From assembly GCF_902713615.1 (NCBI RefSeq), contig NC_052162.1, forward strand, positions 130,596,653 through 130,660,652: 64,000 nucleotides of DNA, read 5' to 3'. Position 1 is the first letter of the stretch. The number at the start of each line of letters is the position of its first letter. Position numbers and translations under genes: made by a program. Below are positions 61,829-64,000 of the stretch, in pieces. The notes under the pieces are model-generated. The model was not told where the DNA came from. It made no database searches and saw nothing but the letters and a program-made list of their open reading frames with translations. The stretch is from Scyliorhinus canicula. Lineage: Eukaryota.

Positions 61829-63980
61829 TTGGAGCAAAATCTACGACTTGTGGAGGGTGCAACAAGAGATGGTGCAGTGCTGGACTTAATTCTGGGGAAT
61901 GAAGCCAGACAGGTAGTTGATGTGATGGTTGGGGAGCATTTTAGTGATAGCGATCACAACATGGTGCAATTTAAGTTTGTTATGGACAAGGAAAGAGTCA
62001 AATTGCAGAAAATGGTCTTGGATTGGGTGGGAGCAGACTTTAGTAAAATAAGGCAAGATCTGGCCACGGTAGATTGGAACAAGTTACTGGTGGGGAGATC
62101 TACAGAAGAGCAGTGGGGGGGGGGGGGGGTGTTCAAAGAGGAAACGGGGAGAGTACAGGCTCAACATGTTCCCTCTAAGCTAATAGGAAGGAGTAACAAG
62201 CCCAGAGAACCATGGATAACCAGAGATATTCAGGATACAATGAGAAGGAAAATAGAGGCTTTTAATAAGTACAAGGTGAGCAAATCAACAGAGGCATTAA
62301 TGGAGTACAGAAAGTGCAGGATGGAGCTTAAGAAAGCAATTAGGAGAGAAAAGATGGGAGATGAGAAATCTCTAGCTGGTAAAAGGAGTGAAAATCCCAA
62401 GATATTCTGTAAGTATATGAAATGAAAATTGTGTATTGTCACAAATAGGCTTCAAATGAAATTACTGTGAAAAGCCCCTAGTTGCAACATTCCGGCACCT
62501 GTTCGGGGAGGCTGGAACGGGAATTGAACCGTGCTGCTGGCCTGCCTTGGTCTGCTTTAAAAGCCAGCTATTTAGCCCTGTGCTAAACCAGCCCCTATAT
62601 CAATGGGAGAGAATAACTAGGGAAAAAGTAAAGCCCATTAGGGACCAAGGGGGGAATCTGTGGGTGGGGCCAGAGGACATTGGTAGGGTGTTAAATGAAT
62701 ATTTCACATCTGTCTTCACCCAAGAGAATGAGGAGGTAGTTATGGAACTCTGGGAGATGGACTGTGAAGTTACTGAGCAAGTTGCCATAGGAAGGGACAA
62801 GGTGGAGAAATCTCCAGGTCCAGACGAATTGTGTCCCAGGTTGCTGTGGGAGACGAAGGAGGAGAGCGCAGGATCCCTGATCCAAATTTTAATTCTTTGC
62901 TCATGGGTAAAAGTGCCAGTGGACTGGAGAACCATGAATGTGGTCCCACTATTTTAGAAAGGCTGTTGGGACAAGCCAGGGAACAACAGGCCAGTGAGTC
63001 TCACGTCAGTGTTGGCGAAACTAATGGAGAAAGATGTGAAGGAGAGATTCTACCTCCACTTGGAGAGGCAAGCTTTGATCTGGAAAAGTCAGCATGGCTT
63101 TGTCAGAGGGAGGTCATGCCTAACAAATTTGATTTGATTCAATTTTTTGACCATGTGACTAAGTGTAGATGAGGGTGGTGCAGCTGATGTTGTTTACATG
63201 GATTTCAACAAAGCATTTGACAAGGTCCCACATGGGAGACTTACAAAGAAGCAAATGCACTTAGGATACAGAGAAACTGGAATCAAAGCTGGCTGAGCTG
63301 CAGGAAACAGAGTGATGTCAGATGGCTTCTTTAGAACTGGAAGCCAGCGTCCAGTGGCGTACCACAGGAATCTGTGCTGGGTCTCCTATTATTCGTCATT
63401 CATTCAAATGACTTTGATGACTATGTGGGCGGTAGGATCAGTAAGTTTGTGGATGACACAAAGATTGGCCGAGTGGTTAATAGTGAGGCTGAGAGTCTTT
63501 GGTTGCAGGAAGATATAGACCGTATGGCCAAATGGGCAGAAGAGTGGCAGATGAAATTTAACCCTGAAAAGTGTGAGGTGTTACACTTTGGAAGGAGCAA
63601 TTCAACAAGGAGATATTCAATGAGTGGCACCACACTGGGAAGTCCTCAGGAACAAAGGGACCGTGGCGTGTTTGTCCATAGATCTCTGAAGGCGGGAGAC
63701 TAGGTTAATAGGTGGTGAAAAAGGCATAGGCTACACTTGCCTTTATCAATCGAGGCATAGATTACAAAAGCAAGGAGTTATATGGAACTTTGGTGAGGCC
63801 ACACCTGGAGTACTGTGTGCAATTCTGCTCGCCACATTATAGAGAGGATGTGAATGCACTGGACGGGGTGCAGAGGTGTTTCACCAGGATGTTGCCTGGG
63901 ATGGAACATTGCAGTTATGAAGTGAGGTTGGATAGGCTTGGGTTGTTTTCGCTGGAGCAGAGAAGACTGAGGGGTGACCT
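61829..63980 (+). mobile_element. CR1 LINE ORF2 (EN end to RT), decayed, with nested SINE C
   Basis: LDLILGNE..SDHN, KSPGPD and KFVDDTK motifs. Confidence 0.9.
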
Positions 63981-64000
63981 TTTAAAAAATAAATTTAGAG

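Overview
Eukaryotic, repeat-dense vertebrate DNA. The repeat content (HE1/V-SINE-like and Deu/SacSINE-like SINEs, CR1, L1/Tx1-like, Rex1-like and Penelope retroelements) points to a shark, which is inference. The window holds a cluster of six paralogous tandem C2H2 zinc-finger exons with no visible KRAB/SCAN/BTB domain. Four are intact and arranged as two head-to-head pairs (ZF1-/ZF2+, ZF3-/ZF4+). Two are disrupted and share one promoter (ZF5, ZF6). Main hunt results: (1) four independent 170-230 bp fold-back insertions, each with its own 10-12 bp target-site duplication (TSD), built from inverted copies of the hammerhead-ribozyme-bearing 3' end of a Penelope element, one beside each of the four CpG-island promoters; (2) a YY1+NRF1 module conserved in intron 1 of three paralogues, amplified about 10-fold in ZF3, with an independent YY1+RFX amplification in ZF4; (3) TE-bounded ZF duplication cassettes, start codons derived from finger linkers, and a SINE-supplied C-terminus. 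Repeat boundaries were read by eye and are approximate unless a TSD is quoted.
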